This document shows positions 17,561 through 28,500 of a stretch of DNA of 64,000 nt, piece by piece. The DNA comes from Candidatus Cryptobacteroides sp. (GTDB lineage Bacteria; Bacteroidota; Bacteroidia; Bacteroidales; UBA932). How positions within the stretch are numbered: the stretch's first letter is position 1; each line of letters begins with the position of its first letter. The DNA lies in assembly GCA_045127905.1 (NCBI GenBank), contig JBGVQX010000014.1, forward strand, positions 1,683-65,682, in the 5' to 3' direction. The position numbers and the translations under genes are program-made. The notes under the pieces were generated by a model. That model made no database searches and was not told where the DNA came from. It was given only the letters and a program-made list of their open reading frames with translations.

Positions 17561-19675
17561 CTATAGCCATCCGCCGTTTTTAGTGGCAAACGGCCTTGAA
17601 ACGATGGAGATTTCGCGAGAGAATGCCATTCCCCCGATGCCGTTCTCCATCTGATGGTCTCTTCCGACTTCTCCGTTTATGACCACCTTACCTGCTCCTG
17701 TCTTAGAACAGTTGATTTCAAGTCTTCCGTTATGTATCACAGGAGTGGCAGTCAATCCGAGGGAGGCTCTGGAAGCCTCATCGATGCTCAGTTCATATGT
17801 GCCGGCAGGATTGCACCAGTCTGAAAGATCAATCGAACAATCCTCACCTGCCTTCACCATCACTGATGGCGTGCCTTCGATAGCCATGAGGAACTTCCAT
17901 GCATCCACGGCTCCGGTTCCCATCTGACCTTTATATTTGCTCATGTCGATTTCTTCGGTACCGACCCACATCTCGTAGAAGGTCCTGGTCTTGCCGTCAT
18001 TGAACCCGTCAATATCGTTTGCGGACGCGAGCAGCATTGATGTGAACTCTTCACGAGTGAACTTCTTGCCTAGCTTCTGGGCGTAGGAAAGTCCCAGTGC
18101 AATTACTCCGGAAACATGAGGACAGGCCATAGATGTTCCCTGCATGTAGACATAATCCCTGCTCTCGTATCCATCTACTTCCAGTCCGGGATAACCGCTG
18201 TCAACAGAACATTTTAAGCCTGTGGAAAGAATCATCGACGAATAGTTTTCTTTCACTCCCAGCCATTCTCCTCCTGGAGCTGCAATCTTGCATCCCGGGC
18301 CATAATTGGTATAACCTCCCGGAAGATAGTCCCATCCGATAGCCGAAACAGAAAGTACATAACTAAGGGCACCCGGATAACTTGAGTATGGGTTCTGGTG
18401 ATTTCCTGCAGCAAAGACAGCGATATTGCCATCTAATGAATCATGGTTGCTGTTGGCTGGGTCGAGGAAATACTGCAATGCCGCATTTTCCAGAGTGTGT
18501 CCGTTTATGGTTATATCACCGATCTTGCCGCCGTTGATGTAGATGTCGTCATTTGTAAGCGGAATATCGCTGCCATATGAGCACTGGGCTATGCACGCAC
18601 CGTTGTCGGCTGCATAAATGAAGGCTGCTGCCGTCTCTGAATCCACGGCAGATGCTTTTCCATCGAATATCTGACAGCTCATGAGTCTGACTCCGTCACC
18701 ATTTCCGCTGCCTCCTGCAATGGAATTGATGCCTATCCCGTTTCCGTTCACCGCCCCTATTATTCCTGCGATATGGGTTCCGTGTCCGTATCCGCTGCGG
18801 TAATTCAAATCATATCCCTTTATAGGGGTGCCGGGCTTGTATCCGCGGTCTTCAAGCTTTCCGTTTACGTAATCGTTGGATGCGTCTCCTTCATTCTTCA
18901 CGGACATGCTCACGAAATTGAATCCATATTTATCATCGATGAATCCATTCCCATCATCATCTTTGTCTGCCTGGCCATTGATTTCCGGAGTGTTGGTCCA
19001 TACTGCATCCTTGAGGTCCTCATGACGGAATGATACGGCATCGTCAAAGATGGCTACGATGATGTCCGGGCTTCCGGAAGCAAGTCTCCAGGCGTCCTTT
19101 ACACCTATGTCGGCACCTGCGACTGCTTTGTCTGATAATGTACCGTCATTGAACAGGTTCCATTGGTATTTGAAGTGAGGGTCGTATTCTGAGGTGGCAG
19201 ATGAACCCTTTGTCTGTGGTGCGGGTGTGAAAAGTTTTCCTTTGTCTGTCTGTAACGGTGTTGTGTACCTGCTGTATTGGATCGATTTTACCAGAGGCGA
19301 TCCGGCAATTCTCGCAGCAACGGCTTGTGGTGATGATTCAGTGTCAAATACCACCTTAAACCACTGGTCAAGTCCGTATTTCCTTGCCACTTCAATGTTT
19401 TTTGGCTTCACCGGAATGGCCGGAACCAATGCTTTCGGAGTGATTCCGTCAAAGATTTCCTTGATATTCGCTCCGAAGTCCTCTTCGTTTGCTTCCCTGA
19501 CCAGTTCTCTATCCAGCTTTACCAGCAAGGTTCCGGCCACAATCTCTCCGTCCGTTCTTCCTACGATTTTTGATGACGGCGCCTGTTGTTCCGGCATCAG
19601 AAGTTTTTCAGATTCTTTTGCGCAGCTAGTCGCAATAATGAACAGTGCAGCAACGATTAAGAATAAATTCTTCAT
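17561..19675 (-). CDS. S8 subtilase lipoprotein
   Basis: Lipobox ATSC; IFDD, HGTHIAG and GTSMACP catalytic triad. Confidence 0.93.
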   Translation of the reverse strand: MKNLFLIVAALFIIATSCAKESEKLLMPEQQAPSSKIVGRTDGEIVAGTLLVKLDRELVREANEEDFGANIKEIFDGITPKALVPAIPVKPKNIEVARKYGLDQWFKVVFDTESSPQAVAARIAGSPLVKSIQYSRYTTPLQTDKGKLFTPAPQTKGSSATSEYDPHFKYQWNLFNDGTLSDKAVAGADIGVKDAWRLASGSPDIIVAIFDDAVSFRHEDLKDAVWTNTPEINGQADKDDDGNGFIDDKYGFNFVSMSVKNEGDASNDYVNGKLEDRGYKPGTPIKGYDLNYRSGYGHGTHIAGIIGAVNGNGIGINSIAGGSGNGDGVRLMSCQIFDGKASAVDSETAAAFIYAADNGACIAQCSYGSDIPLTNDDIYINGGKIGDITINGHTLENAALQYFLDPANSNHDSLDGNIAVFAAGNHQNPYSSYPGALSYVLSVSAIGWDYLPGGYTNYGPGCKIAAPGGEWLGVKENYSSMILSTGLKCSVDSGYPGLEVDGYESRDYVYMQGTSMACPHVSGVIALGLSYAQKLGKKFTREEFTSMLLASANDIDGFNDGKTRTFYEMWVGTEEIDMSKYKGQMGTGAVDAWKFLMAIEGTPSVMVKAGEDCSIDLSDWCNPAGTYELSIDEASRASLGLTATPVIHNGRLEINCSKTGAGKVVINGEVGRDHQMENGIGGMAFSREISIVSRPFATKNGGWL

Positions 19676-19685
19676 TATTATGCAG

Positions 19686-22214
19686 TTATTTGGATTCAAG
19701 GGTTATACGTGCTGTCTTGACGCCTTTGGCGCTGACTTCCACTATAATCTTTCCTGCTGTGGATCCGCTCTGCACCAGAACGGTAAGCTGACCGCTGAAA
19801 AGATGCATCTGCGGCTGCTGGAATGATTCGAGACAGGTAGGATCTCCGTTAGCAATGGCTTTGAAGGCTCCGGCTCCGCTGACCTTTACCTTTACAAGCC
19901 TGTTGTCTGCCGGCACAGGGTTGCCTTTCTTATCCACAAGGCTCACATTCACGTAGCAGAGGTCCTCTCCGTCAGCCTTCAGTACGTTACGGTCCGGAAT
20001 TAGCTTCACTTCAGCTGCTTTACCGGCTGTACGGACTGTCTTTTCTGCCGCCATCTTTCCGTCAGCATCATATGCGACCACGCGAAGTTCTCCTGGCTGA
20101 TATACAACATCATTCCACATCAGTCTGAACCGTTTCATGGCATTCTCACCAAGACAAGGTGTCTTTCCGTCAGACTTGGCGAAGGTTCTTACTCCCTGGG
20201 AAACACCATTGACAAAAAGTTCGGCAGAAGGGTATGACGTATAGACAAACACCGGGGTGACCTGTCCTTCGCGTCCTTCCCTGTTCCAGTGCGGGAGCAC
20301 ATGCAGGGTCGCGTCCTGATTGTTCCACTGGCTGCGGTACAGATAATACCTGTCCTTAGGGATTGAAGCAAGGTCGATTATGCCGAAAACGGAAGAATGG
20401 TTAGGCCATGCGTCTGTATCATATGGCGAGGGCTCTCCCAGATAGTCGAATCCGGTCCATACGAATTGTCCGATACACCAAGGGTAGTCCTCGTCTGCTG
20501 CAAAATCATTGTCAGGAATATTGGACCACCAGCAGTACTCTGTGTCGTAAGAAGATGACTGGTGGTTGTCATGCATGATTGCCGCACCGAGCTTTGCCGG
20601 GAAATGGTATATTCCGCGTGAACTTACGGTTGAAGCCGTCTCGCTTCCAAGGATGATCTTCTGAGGAAGTATCTCATATGCAGGTATATAGCGGTCCACC
20701 TTGTAGTTGAATCCCACTATGTCCAGCTGCTCGGCAAATCCGTTGATGATCACGCCGTTGTACTGGTCCATACCGCATGTGACAGGACGGGTAGGGTCCT
20801 CCCTGTGGCAGATGTCCTGAAGCCATGCCGCCACTTTGCGCCCTTCCGGCTTCCACTGCGAAGGCACTTCGTTTCCGATGCTCCACATCACTACGGAAGC
20901 GTTGTTGCGGAAATGGTGGAGCATGTTGAGCATATCCCTTTCAGCCCAGATCATTCCGTTGCCGCTGTCGAGATTAAAGAAACGGTGGTATCCGTTTTCG
21001 CATTTTGCGATATCCCATTCGTCGAAATTTTCGCACATCACCATGAAACCCATCTCGTCGCAAAGCTCTATCAGTTCCTCTGCAGGCATGTTGTGAGATG
21101 TCCTGATGGCGTCGCATCCCATGTCCTTGAGCATTGTAAGTTGTCTGCGTATCGCTGCCTTGTTGACAGCCGCGCCGAGGGGACCAAGGTCGTGGTGCAG
21201 GCAGACTCCACGGAACTTGCGGCATTTCCCGTTGAGGAAAAAGCCTTTGTCGGGAATTATCTCTATGGTGCGGAATCCGAAGCGTGTGGTCACTTTATCC
21301 TGAAGGACAGACCCATGTCCGATGCTTATCTCCGGTCTCTCCATGTCCCATGCTGTTTTGATTGCGCCTCCTGTATATACCTCTGTTTCCGCATAATAGA
21401 GTGCAGGATTCTCCGGAGACCACAATTCAGGATCTTCTACAGTGAGATTCTGCGTCATCTCACCGTCGTGTATAGGGGCAGTGTAGAGATGTTCCGCCAC
21501 TTTCTTTCCATTGGCATCCTTGATTCTCGTTACAAGAGTCACAGCCGTGTCGTCCTCAACTCCTGCGACCTTTGTCTTTATGCATACGGTTGCGTAATCA
21601 TTATTTATATATGGAGTAGTCACATATGTGCCCCATATCGGGATATGTATTGCCGGCAGGGTGATGTGACGCACCTTTCTGTAGAGACCGGCTCCCGGGT
21701 ACCAGCGTGACGACTGAGGGCGGTTCTCCAGAAGTACAGCTATGTCGTTCTTTCCTGCCTGCAGCTGCTCGGTCACATCGCAGTGGAACGAATTGTATCC
21801 ATATGGCCAGAAGCATACCTTTTTGCCGTTGACGAAGACTTGTGCCTCGCTCATGGCTCCGTCGAAAACCAGGATATGCCTGCGTCCGTCAAGCTCTCCG
21901 GCATTAATCTCGAGGGCGCGTCTGTATGCACCCTTACCCATATAAGGCAGTCCTCCTGTGCGTCCGGTCTTTTCTGTGGCGACCTTCTCTCCGTTCTGTT
22001 CCACGGCTACGGTCTGCAGGTCGTTTGCCTTGTCGAAAGGCCCGTAGATAGCCCAATCATGGGGAACTTTCACCGCTTCCCAACCTGTTGTGGCCTCGAT
22101 GTCGTGTCCCTTGCGGAATTCCCAGTCCTTCAATACGTTTTCGCTGCGTTGATTTTGAGCATGTGCAGCTATGGCGAATGCCGATGCAATCACTATTGCA
22201 ATTAACCGTTTCAT
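19686..22214 (-). CDS. GH2 beta-galactosidase
   Basis: SRWYPGAGLYR, IRTSHN, WSIGNE, SETAS, FVWTGFDY. Confidence 0.93.
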   Translation of the reverse strand: MKRLIAIVIASAFAIAAHAQNQRSENVLKDWEFRKGHDIEATTGWEAVKVPHDWAIYGPFDKANDLQTVAVEQNGEKVATEKTGRTGGLPYMGKGAYRRALEINAGELDGRRHILVFDGAMSEAQVFVNGKKVCFWPYGYNSFHCDVTEQLQAGKNDIAVLLENRPQSSRWYPGAGLYRKVRHITLPAIHIPIWGTYVTTPYINNDYATVCIKTKVAGVEDDTAVTLVTRIKDANGKKVAEHLYTAPIHDGEMTQNLTVEDPELWSPENPALYYAETEVYTGGAIKTAWDMERPEISIGHGSVLQDKVTTRFGFRTIEIIPDKGFFLNGKCRKFRGVCLHHDLGPLGAAVNKAAIRRQLTMLKDMGCDAIRTSHNMPAEELIELCDEMGFMVMCENFDEWDIAKCENGYHRFFNLDSGNGMIWAERDMLNMLHHFRNNASVVMWSIGNEVPSQWKPEGRKVAAWLQDICHREDPTRPVTCGMDQYNGVIINGFAEQLDIVGFNYKVDRYIPAYEILPQKIILGSETASTVSSRGIYHFPAKLGAAIMHDNHQSSSYDTEYCWWSNIPDNDFAADEDYPWCIGQFVWTGFDYLGEPSPYDTDAWPNHSSVFGIIDLASIPKDRYYLYRSQWNNQDATLHVLPHWNREGREGQVTPVFVYTSYPSAELFVNGVSQGVRTFAKSDGKTPCLGENAMKRFRLMWNDVVYQPGELRVVAYDADGKMAAEKTVRTAGKAAEVKLIPDRNVLKADGEDLCYVNVSLVDKKGNPVPADNRLVKVKVSGAGAFKAIANGDPTCLESFQQPQMHLFSGQLTVLVQSGSTAGKIIVEVSAKGVKTARITLESK

Positions 22215-22257
22215 GATTTATGCGTGGTTTCGAAGCTCGAAGAGCTGTGGTTGTCTT

Positions 22258-23355
22258 CTAGTTGTAAAAAGGGTCTAAAGCTATTGTCGGCTTTCCGTTC
22301 CTGAAAGCTCCCATTTCATATGGATTCCATCCCAGGTTGGTGTAATTGGCTGGTTTCCATGCTCCGTCAGTCTGAGGTTCCCAATAGAACACTCCATGGC
22401 ATGCTTCAATTTCCTTTGTCTTTTCCAGCAGGTATTGTGCAGCTTCCTTTGCCTTCTGAGGTTCCCATACAGGCATTCCGAACTCACATATCATGACCGG
22501 TTTTCCGTATTTCCCGCTTATAGTCTTTATGTTAGATATGCAAAGATCGGTATTTGTCTTCCAGTCGCGCCATCCGTTGTTCTCCCACCACGAAGGATAG
22601 AGTGACATGCCGATGATATCGTATTTTGCTGCACCAAGCTTCATAAGGTTGAAGAACCAGTCGAAAAGGCTGTTGTCGTGGCCATTGCTGATATGAAGAA
22701 TCACTTTTGCTGACGGATAGACTTCCTTTACTGCAGCGTATCCTGCATTCGCGAATCTTATGAAATTGCCTGCTTCCCGTCCTTGAACCTTTCCGGTCGG
22801 CCAGAGCATACCTCCGTTCACCTCGTTGCCGATCTGCACCCATTCCACATCCACGTCGTTATCCTTCAGCATATCAAGCACTTCGGATGTATGATTCCCG
22901 ACGGCTGATGCCATATCTGCCACGTCCTTTCCGGTCCAATCAGCCGGCACATTCTGCTTCGACGGGTCCGCCCATGAATCGCTGTAATGAAAATCTATCA
23001 TTATCCTCATTCCTAAAGTTTGTGCGCGTCTGGCTTTTATAAGAACATCTTCAGCCCCGCACCATCCACCGTCAGGATCAACCCACACACGAAGCCTGAT
23101 GGAATTGAATCCGAGTTCCTTCATAAGTGCAGTACATTCCTTTTGCTCCCCGGCTGCATTATAGAATTTCTGCCCGTCCTTTTCCATTTCAGTGATCCAG
23201 CTTATGTCAGCACCCTTGGCGTATCCGCCTGCTGTTACAGGCTCTTCAGGCTTGTCTGCTGGAGGTGTATATCCCGTTGGGCCATATGGATTATCATCGC
23301 AACTGCAGATAGTGACGGCTGCTGCAAGTGTTAGAATGTATATCCTTAAATTCAT
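22258..23355 (-). CDS. GH53 endo-beta-1,4-galactanase lipoprotein
   Basis: KGADISW, RLRVWVDP, DFHYSDSWADP, QIGNE, CEFG, FYWEP. Confidence 0.93.
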   Translation of the reverse strand: MNLRIYILTLAAAVTICSCDDNPYGPTGYTPPADKPEEPVTAGGYAKGADISWITEMEKDGQKFYNAAGEQKECTALMKELGFNSIRLRVWVDPDGGWCGAEDVLIKARRAQTLGMRIMIDFHYSDSWADPSKQNVPADWTGKDVADMASAVGNHTSEVLDMLKDNDVDVEWVQIGNEVNGGMLWPTGKVQGREAGNFIRFANAGYAAVKEVYPSAKVILHISNGHDNSLFDWFFNLMKLGAAKYDIIGMSLYPSWWENNGWRDWKTNTDLCISNIKTISGKYGKPVMICEFGMPVWEPQKAKEAAQYLLEKTKEIEACHGVFYWEPQTDGAWKPANYTNLGWNPYEMGAFRNGKPTIALDPFYN

Positions 23356-23468
23356 TGCCTTATGATTATTAGTTCCTACAAATGTAATTAAAAAATCACA
23401 TATTTGATTTCTCTTGCTGATGGCCCGGCCAAATGGAACTGGATTATGTGCGTGTATTCCAAAAGAGA

Positions 23469-24086
23469 TTAAATAAGATCCTGAAGGCTTAAATTTGTGA
23501 AATCGTCGATGACCATATCGCAGAGAGGGGCTATATCCTCTCTGCGGTTAGTTGTAGCAAGTCCGATTACCTTGGCACCTGATGCCCTTCCGGCCTTGAT
23601 GCCATGGAATGAATCTTCAAATACATATGTGTCTTCAGGAACCCCTCCGAGAACTTCCATGCCTTTTAGGAAGCATTCCGGGTCTGGTTTCGATCTGGAG
23701 AAATGTTCGCTGGTGAGTATGGCATCCACGAGGTCGGGAAGTTCCGGGTGTGCCTTGAATGCATTAGCCATCTTGGCATCATTAGAACTGGTGACTATGG
23801 CAGTACGGACTCCGGCTTCCTTGATCCCGGACATGAATCTAGTGAAGCCCGGCATGTATTCATAAGACATCTGAGCCTCGAATGCATACAGAAGAGGTAT
23901 TATCTCCTCCTGCTCTTTCTGCATGTCCTCAAAGTATTTTCCTAATATCTGTTTGAGTGTCTGTCCTTTGATTGTGTGTCCGAAGTCTTCCAGACCAAGA
24001 TAGTCTTTCCCTATTTTGTTCCAGAATGTCGTGTATTGTGTCTCAGTGTCAACGATGACGCCATCGAAGTCGAATAGTATAATCAT
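23469..24086 (-). CDS. HAD-family phosphatase
   Basis: FDFDGVIVDT, TSS, KPDP, FEDS. Confidence 0.92.
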   Translation of the reverse strand: MIILFDFDGVIVDTETQYTTFWNKIGKDYLGLEDFGHTIKGQTLKQILGKYFEDMQKEQEEIIPLLYAFEAQMSYEYMPGFTRFMSGIKEAGVRTAIVTSSNDAKMANAFKAHPELPDLVDAILTSEHFSRSKPDPECFLKGMEVLGGVPEDTYVFEDSFHGIKAGRASGAKVIGLATTNRREDIAPLCDMVIDDFTNLSLQDLI

Positions 24087-24100
24087 AAGCCGCTGTCCGG

Positions 24101-25717
24101 TTATATCGATGTTTCTGATGCAAGGGCCTTTTTGAGCTGTTCGTCATAGCGAAGGCGGACCTTGACTCCAGCTTCCTGATACCAGTAGCGTGTGGCCACC
24201 TCCTCTTCTATGAACGGGATGATCTCGTCCTTCTTGAGACGGATAAATCTTTCCTTGTCCATCTCCAGAGCCTTTTCCATGGCCGCGAGTTCGTCTTTCA
24301 TCGCATCTGCAAGGCCATCCTTTTCAAGCTCCTTCTTCATAGAGTCATAATAGGTCTTGGCGCTGCTTCTGTAATCAAATTCCTGGGTCTTTGCGAATGT
24401 TATGAAATCTTCGAAATCCTTGTCGGAGAAATGGAATTCATCCACAGCCGGAATGCTTTTGTTCTTTCTTGCGAATTCAAGCACATATTGGTCGATGACC
24501 CCTCCGAGCACGAGAGAATATACCAGGCGGCTGTATTGCGGCACCTCGATGTCCACGTCAGGCGTGATGCCACCGCCGTCTCTCACGATTCTTCCTGATG
24601 CGGTCCTGAATTCTTTAGTGAGCGAATCCGGAATATGTCCAACGCTGCCGTCTTCATTACGGTTCGAATAGTCGATGGCCTGCACGCAGCGTCCGCTTGG
24701 GGTATAATATTTCGAAGTCGTGATTTTCATCTGCCCGTTGTATGGGAGAGGCCTGATCGACTGCACAAGTCCCTTTCCGTAGCTTCTCTTGCCCATGATG
24801 GTGGCGCGGTCCATGTCCTGAAGGGCTCCCGCCACAATCTCCGAAGATGAAGCGGAGCCTGAGTCGATCATTACGATTACCGGCATCTCCACGTCCACCG
24901 GTTCGCTTTCTGTGTAATATTTATGCTCTGTTCCCTCTGTCATGCCCTTGGAAGACACGACGAGCGATCCCTTCGGAACGAAGATGGATACGATCTCGAT
25001 GGCTTCCTGCATCAGTCCGCCTCCGTTTCCTCTTAGGTCAAGCACGAATCTCTTCATGCCCTTCTCCTTAAGCGTAACGAATCTCTTTCTAAGGTCCTTT
25101 GACACATCTTTTGTGAAACTGCTTTGGAGGACATAGCCTGTGGTGTCGTCAATCATTCCCGCATATTCTATGTCAGGGAAATGGATGCGCTCCCTTATGA
25201 TAGGCACGTCGAGTGTATCTCCGGTGCGGACCTTCTTCACCTTGAATACCACCTGTGTGCCCGGCTTTCCTTTCATCCTGTCGCTGCTTTCCTTGGTTTC
25301 CAGGCCCTTTGTAGGCAGCCCGTCTATCTCCAGAATCTCGTCTCCGCAGACAAGTCCGTTCTTGTATGCAGGAGAACCGAAATACGGTTCGTTGATCACC
25401 ACGTTCTCATCCTTCTTCTTGTGGATGATGGCTCCGATACCGCCGTAGGTCTTTGACAGCATCATCTCAAGGTCCTCATTCTCTTCCTCGGGAATATAAA
25501 TGGTGTATGGATCAAGCTCCTTGAGCATAGCATCCACTCCGGCCCTCATTATGCGGTCGACCGGAAGGGTGTCCACATATGAGCGGTTAAGCTCCTTTAT
25601 GATTGAGTTCTGGATCTCCATCCACTGACCAAGCTTGAAGTCCTTGGACTGTGCATCAACAACATTATAAGCGACAAAAATCATGGCGGCAGCCATGACA
25701 AAACGTAAATTCTTCAT
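24101..25717 (-). CDS. S41 C-terminal processing protease
   Basis: LDPYT, PDZ GIG, DLRGNGGG, SASSSE, SYGKG, YYTPSG. Confidence 0.95.
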   Translation of the reverse strand: MKNLRFVMAAAMIFVAYNVVDAQSKDFKLGQWMEIQNSIIKELNRSYVDTLPVDRIMRAGVDAMLKELDPYTIYIPEEENEDLEMMLSKTYGGIGAIIHKKKDENVVINEPYFGSPAYKNGLVCGDEILEIDGLPTKGLETKESSDRMKGKPGTQVVFKVKKVRTGDTLDVPIIRERIHFPDIEYAGMIDDTTGYVLQSSFTKDVSKDLRKRFVTLKEKGMKRFVLDLRGNGGGLMQEAIEIVSIFVPKGSLVVSSKGMTEGTEHKYYTESEPVDVEMPVIVMIDSGSASSSEIVAGALQDMDRATIMGKRSYGKGLVQSIRPLPYNGQMKITTSKYYTPSGRCVQAIDYSNRNEDGSVGHIPDSLTKEFRTASGRIVRDGGGITPDVDIEVPQYSRLVYSLVLGGVIDQYVLEFARKNKSIPAVDEFHFSDKDFEDFITFAKTQEFDYRSSAKTYYDSMKKELEKDGLADAMKDELAAMEKALEMDKERFIRLKKDEIIPFIEEEVATRYWYQEAGVKVRLRYDEQLKKALASETSI

Positions 25718-25858
25718 GTGTTTTCTATTTATTCGGATTCATACGTGGAATGGAAGCCTGTCTTCCGGCGCGTGAATCCGGCATAATCTATGCCACAAAA
25801 GTACGAAATATTTTCTACCTTTGCAGCGGTTTTAAAGTAATATATAATAGGCAGTTTT

Positions 25859-26488
25859 ATGAAAATAGTTTTTGCAACGGGCAATAGCGGCAAACTGCGT
25901 GAAGCATCAGAGATTTTAGGTGAGGGATTCGAGCTCGTTACCCCACAGCAGGTTGGAATTGAGGAGGATATTCCTGAGACAGGCAATACGTTGAGGGCTA
26001 ATTCATTACAGAAGGCTCAATACCTTTTTGACAGATGCGGATGTGATTGCTTCGCAGATGATACAGGACTTGAAGTGGATGCTCTCGGAGGAGCTCCCGG
26101 TGTCTACACTGCAAGATATGCGGGAGAAGGCAAGGACTTCAATGCCAATATGGATAAGGTCCTTTATGAGCTTCAGGTGCTTGAAGGTGAGGCCCATATG
26201 GCGGCAGATCTTGGGCTCAGTGTCAAGCCTTTCTCAAGGCGGGCAAGATTCAAGAGCGTCATTACCTTGATAATCAATGGTAAGAAGCATTTCTTCGAAG
26301 GCGCTCTCGAAGGCACCATCGCAAGGGTAAAATCCGGAAACGGAGGATTCGGATACGACCCTATCTTCATCGCTGACGAATATCCCGGAAAGACTCTTGC
26401 AGACATCTCCGAGGAGCAGAAGAACGAGATATCCCACAGGGGCAAGGCCCTTCGCGCAATGGCGCAGTGGCTGCGTGAAAACAGATAA
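25859..26488 (+). CDS. rdgB: Non-canonical purine NTP pyrophosphatase
   Basis: FATGNSGK, ADDTGL, GFGYDP, SHR. Confidence 0.95.
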   Translation: MKIVFATGNSGKLREASEILGEGFELVTPQQVGIEEDIPETGNTLRANSLQKAQYLFDRCGCDCFADDTGLEVDALGGAPGVYTARYAGEGKDFNANMDKVLYELQVLEGEAHMAADLGLSVKPFSRRARFKSVITLIINGKKHFFEGALEGTIARVKSGNGGFGYDPIFIADEYPGKTLADISEEQKNEISHRGKALRAMAQWLRENR

Positions 26489-26491
26489 TTC

Positions 26492-27142
26492 ATGGCAATA
26501 AACACTGACCTGATAGTACTGCATACCACCAAATTCGGTGAGAATTCCCTCGTCGTCCATACCCTCAGCAGAGATTACGGACGGCGAAGCTTTCTTGTGC
26601 GAGGGGCGGGAAGGCGCCAGATGTCCATGTTCCTGCCTCTGAATATCCTTGAAGCCGATGTGGTGGAGAATTCTAAATCATCGCTGCTGACAGCCCGGAA
26701 TATCACTGTGGCATATCCTCTCTCAGGCATCAGGGACAACATCTTAAAGAATTCCATGACAATGTTCCTGAGCGAGGTCTTGTACCGTATTGTCCGCGAA
26801 GGATGCAGTGAAGAGGGTCTTTACGACTGGTGCGAAAAGAGCATCCTCATGCTGGATGCCATCAAGAGCGACTTCAGCAACTTCCACATCCGTTTCCTGA
26901 TGGAGCTTGCGGTGAATCTCGGATTCAGTCCCCAGTCCCATGACCTGATGCCTTTTGTCGGCACCCATTACCCGATTGTGGAAAAGTTCATGACCCTCTC
27001 TTTTGCAGAATCGATGCTGATTCCTCTGAACGGAGCGGTCAGAAATGAAATAGCGGAGGAAATCCTCCGCTACATCGAACATCACACCGAGTCCTCGGTC
27101 AATGTAAACTCTCTGAAAGTACTCCGCGAGCTGTTTGCCTAG
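26492..27142 (+). CDS. recO: DNA repair protein RecO
   Basis: N-terminal OB-fold pattern IVLHTTKFGENSLVV; C-terminal SLKVLRELF. Confidence 0.85.
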   Translation: MAINTDLIVLHTTKFGENSLVVHTLSRDYGRRSFLVRGAGRRQMSMFLPLNILEADVVENSKSSLLTARNITVAYPLSGIRDNILKNSMTMFLSEVLYRIVREGCSEEGLYDWCEKSILMLDAIKSDFSNFHIRFLMELAVNLGFSPQSHDLMPFVGTHYPIVEKFMTLSFAESMLIPLNGAVRNEIAEEILRYIEHHTESSVNVNSLKVLRELFA

Positions 27143-28500
27143 ACTTCCGGCCAGATATAGACCTTGTCGCTACGACGAAGGCGTGTCTCTTCGATGGCAC
27201 GGCAGGCGGATTCGCTGCAGCCCTCTCCGCAAAGATTAAGCTCCTCCTCGCGTGCTCCCGGCACTACCTTGCTCCAGTCTATAGGAATCGAGCAGTAAAC
27301 ACCTTTTTCTGCCTCCTGCACAGGCTTGAGGTCCACGCGGATCTCCGGTACGGTATATTCCACGCATCCCGATGTAGGGCCGATGATGAGAATCTTGTCT
27401 CCGACCTTGAGTGTGTTGGACTCAACCAGAATCTCTGCCACTCCAAGTTTACCGAACCAGTTGGTTATCTTTCCGCAGTAAGCCTTCTTGCGTGTGGCCG
27501 TGCTGCCATATACATCGCACCATTCTCCGAGGCGCGCTCCCTGATAATATCCGTCCCAGAAACCTCGGTTGAATACCTCCTCGAGTTCTCCTTTGAAAGA
27601 AGCTCCGAGTTCAGGGGTGTATGTCCCCTCGCAGACGGCGTCAGCTGCACGGCGGTAGCATGAAGCCACCCTCTTCACATACTCAGCTGAGCGTGCTCGT
27701 CCCTCTATCTTGAACACTGTGACTCCTGCGTCGATGATTTTATCCATGAACTCTATTGTACACAGGTCCTTAGGAGACATGATATACTTGTTGTCAATCT
27801 CCAGCTGCATTCCGGTCTCCCTGTCCTCCACCTTGTATGCACGGCGGCACAGCTGGAAGCATGAACCTCTGTTTGCTGATGCTCCGTACTCATGAAGACT
27901 GAGGTAGCACTTGCCTGAAATGGCCATGCAGAGCGCACCGTGGGCGAACATCTCGATCTCCACTAAACGTCCCGAAGGTCCGCAGATCTGTTCTTCGTCG
28001 ATGATTCTCTTTATTTCCTTCACCTGGCCGAGGTTGAGCTCGCGGGCAAGCACAATCACGTCGGCGAACTGCGCATAGAAACGCAGTGCCTCGATGTTGG
28101 ATATGCTGAGCTGTGTGGAGATGTGTACTTCCACTCCTATCTGGCGGGCATAGATGATTGCTGCCATGTCTGATGCAATCACGGCTGTGATGCCGGCTGC
28201 CTTGGCTGCATCAAGCGTGCGCCTCATGTCCTCGAGATCTTCTCCGAAAAGTGCAATGTTGAGCGTGAGGTATGTCTTTACGTTATGCTGCGCACAGATC
28301 CGTACTATCTCTGCAAGGTCGGTCATCTTGAAATTGTTGGCAGAGTGCGAACGCATGTTGAGCTTCTCGACTCCGAAGTAGACTGAGTCCGCTCCTCCCT
28401 GTATGGCTGCATGCAGGCACTCGAAATTGCCGGCAGGGGCCATGATTTCCAGATTCCTGCTGTCACGGCGCTGAAACGCCTTGTTATCATTGTATTCCAT
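27139..28500 (-). CDS. Peptidase U32-family protein (RNA hydroxylation type)
   Basis: EIMAPAG, GADSVY, HGALCMAISGKC, KIEGR. Confidence 0.93.
   Translation of the reverse strand: MEYNDNKAFQRRDSRNLEIMAPAGNFECLHAAIQGGADSVYFGVEKLNMRSHSANNFKMTDLAEIVRICAQHNVKTYLTLNIALFGEDLEDMRRTLDAAKAAGITAVIASDMAAIIYARQIGVEVHISTQLSISNIEALRFYAQFADVIVLARELNLGQVKEIKRIIDEEQICGPSGRLVEIEMFAHGALCMAISGKCYLSLHEYGASANRGSCFQLCRRAYKVEDRETGMQLEIDNKYIMSPKDLCTIEFMDKIIDAGVTVFKIEGRARSAEYVKRVASCYRRAADAVCEGTYTPELGASFKGELEEVFNRGFWDGYYQGARLGEWCDVYGSTATRKKAYCGKITNWFGKLGVAEILVESNTLKVGDKILIIGPTSGCVEYTVPEIRVDLKPVQEAEKGVYCSIPIDWSKVVPGAREEELNLCGEGCSESACRAIEETRLRRSDKVYIWPEV

Noticed and set aside
25730-25790. SRP (4.5S) RNA
   Set aside because: It has CCGGAAG but lacks the CAGG...AGCAG internal-loop signature
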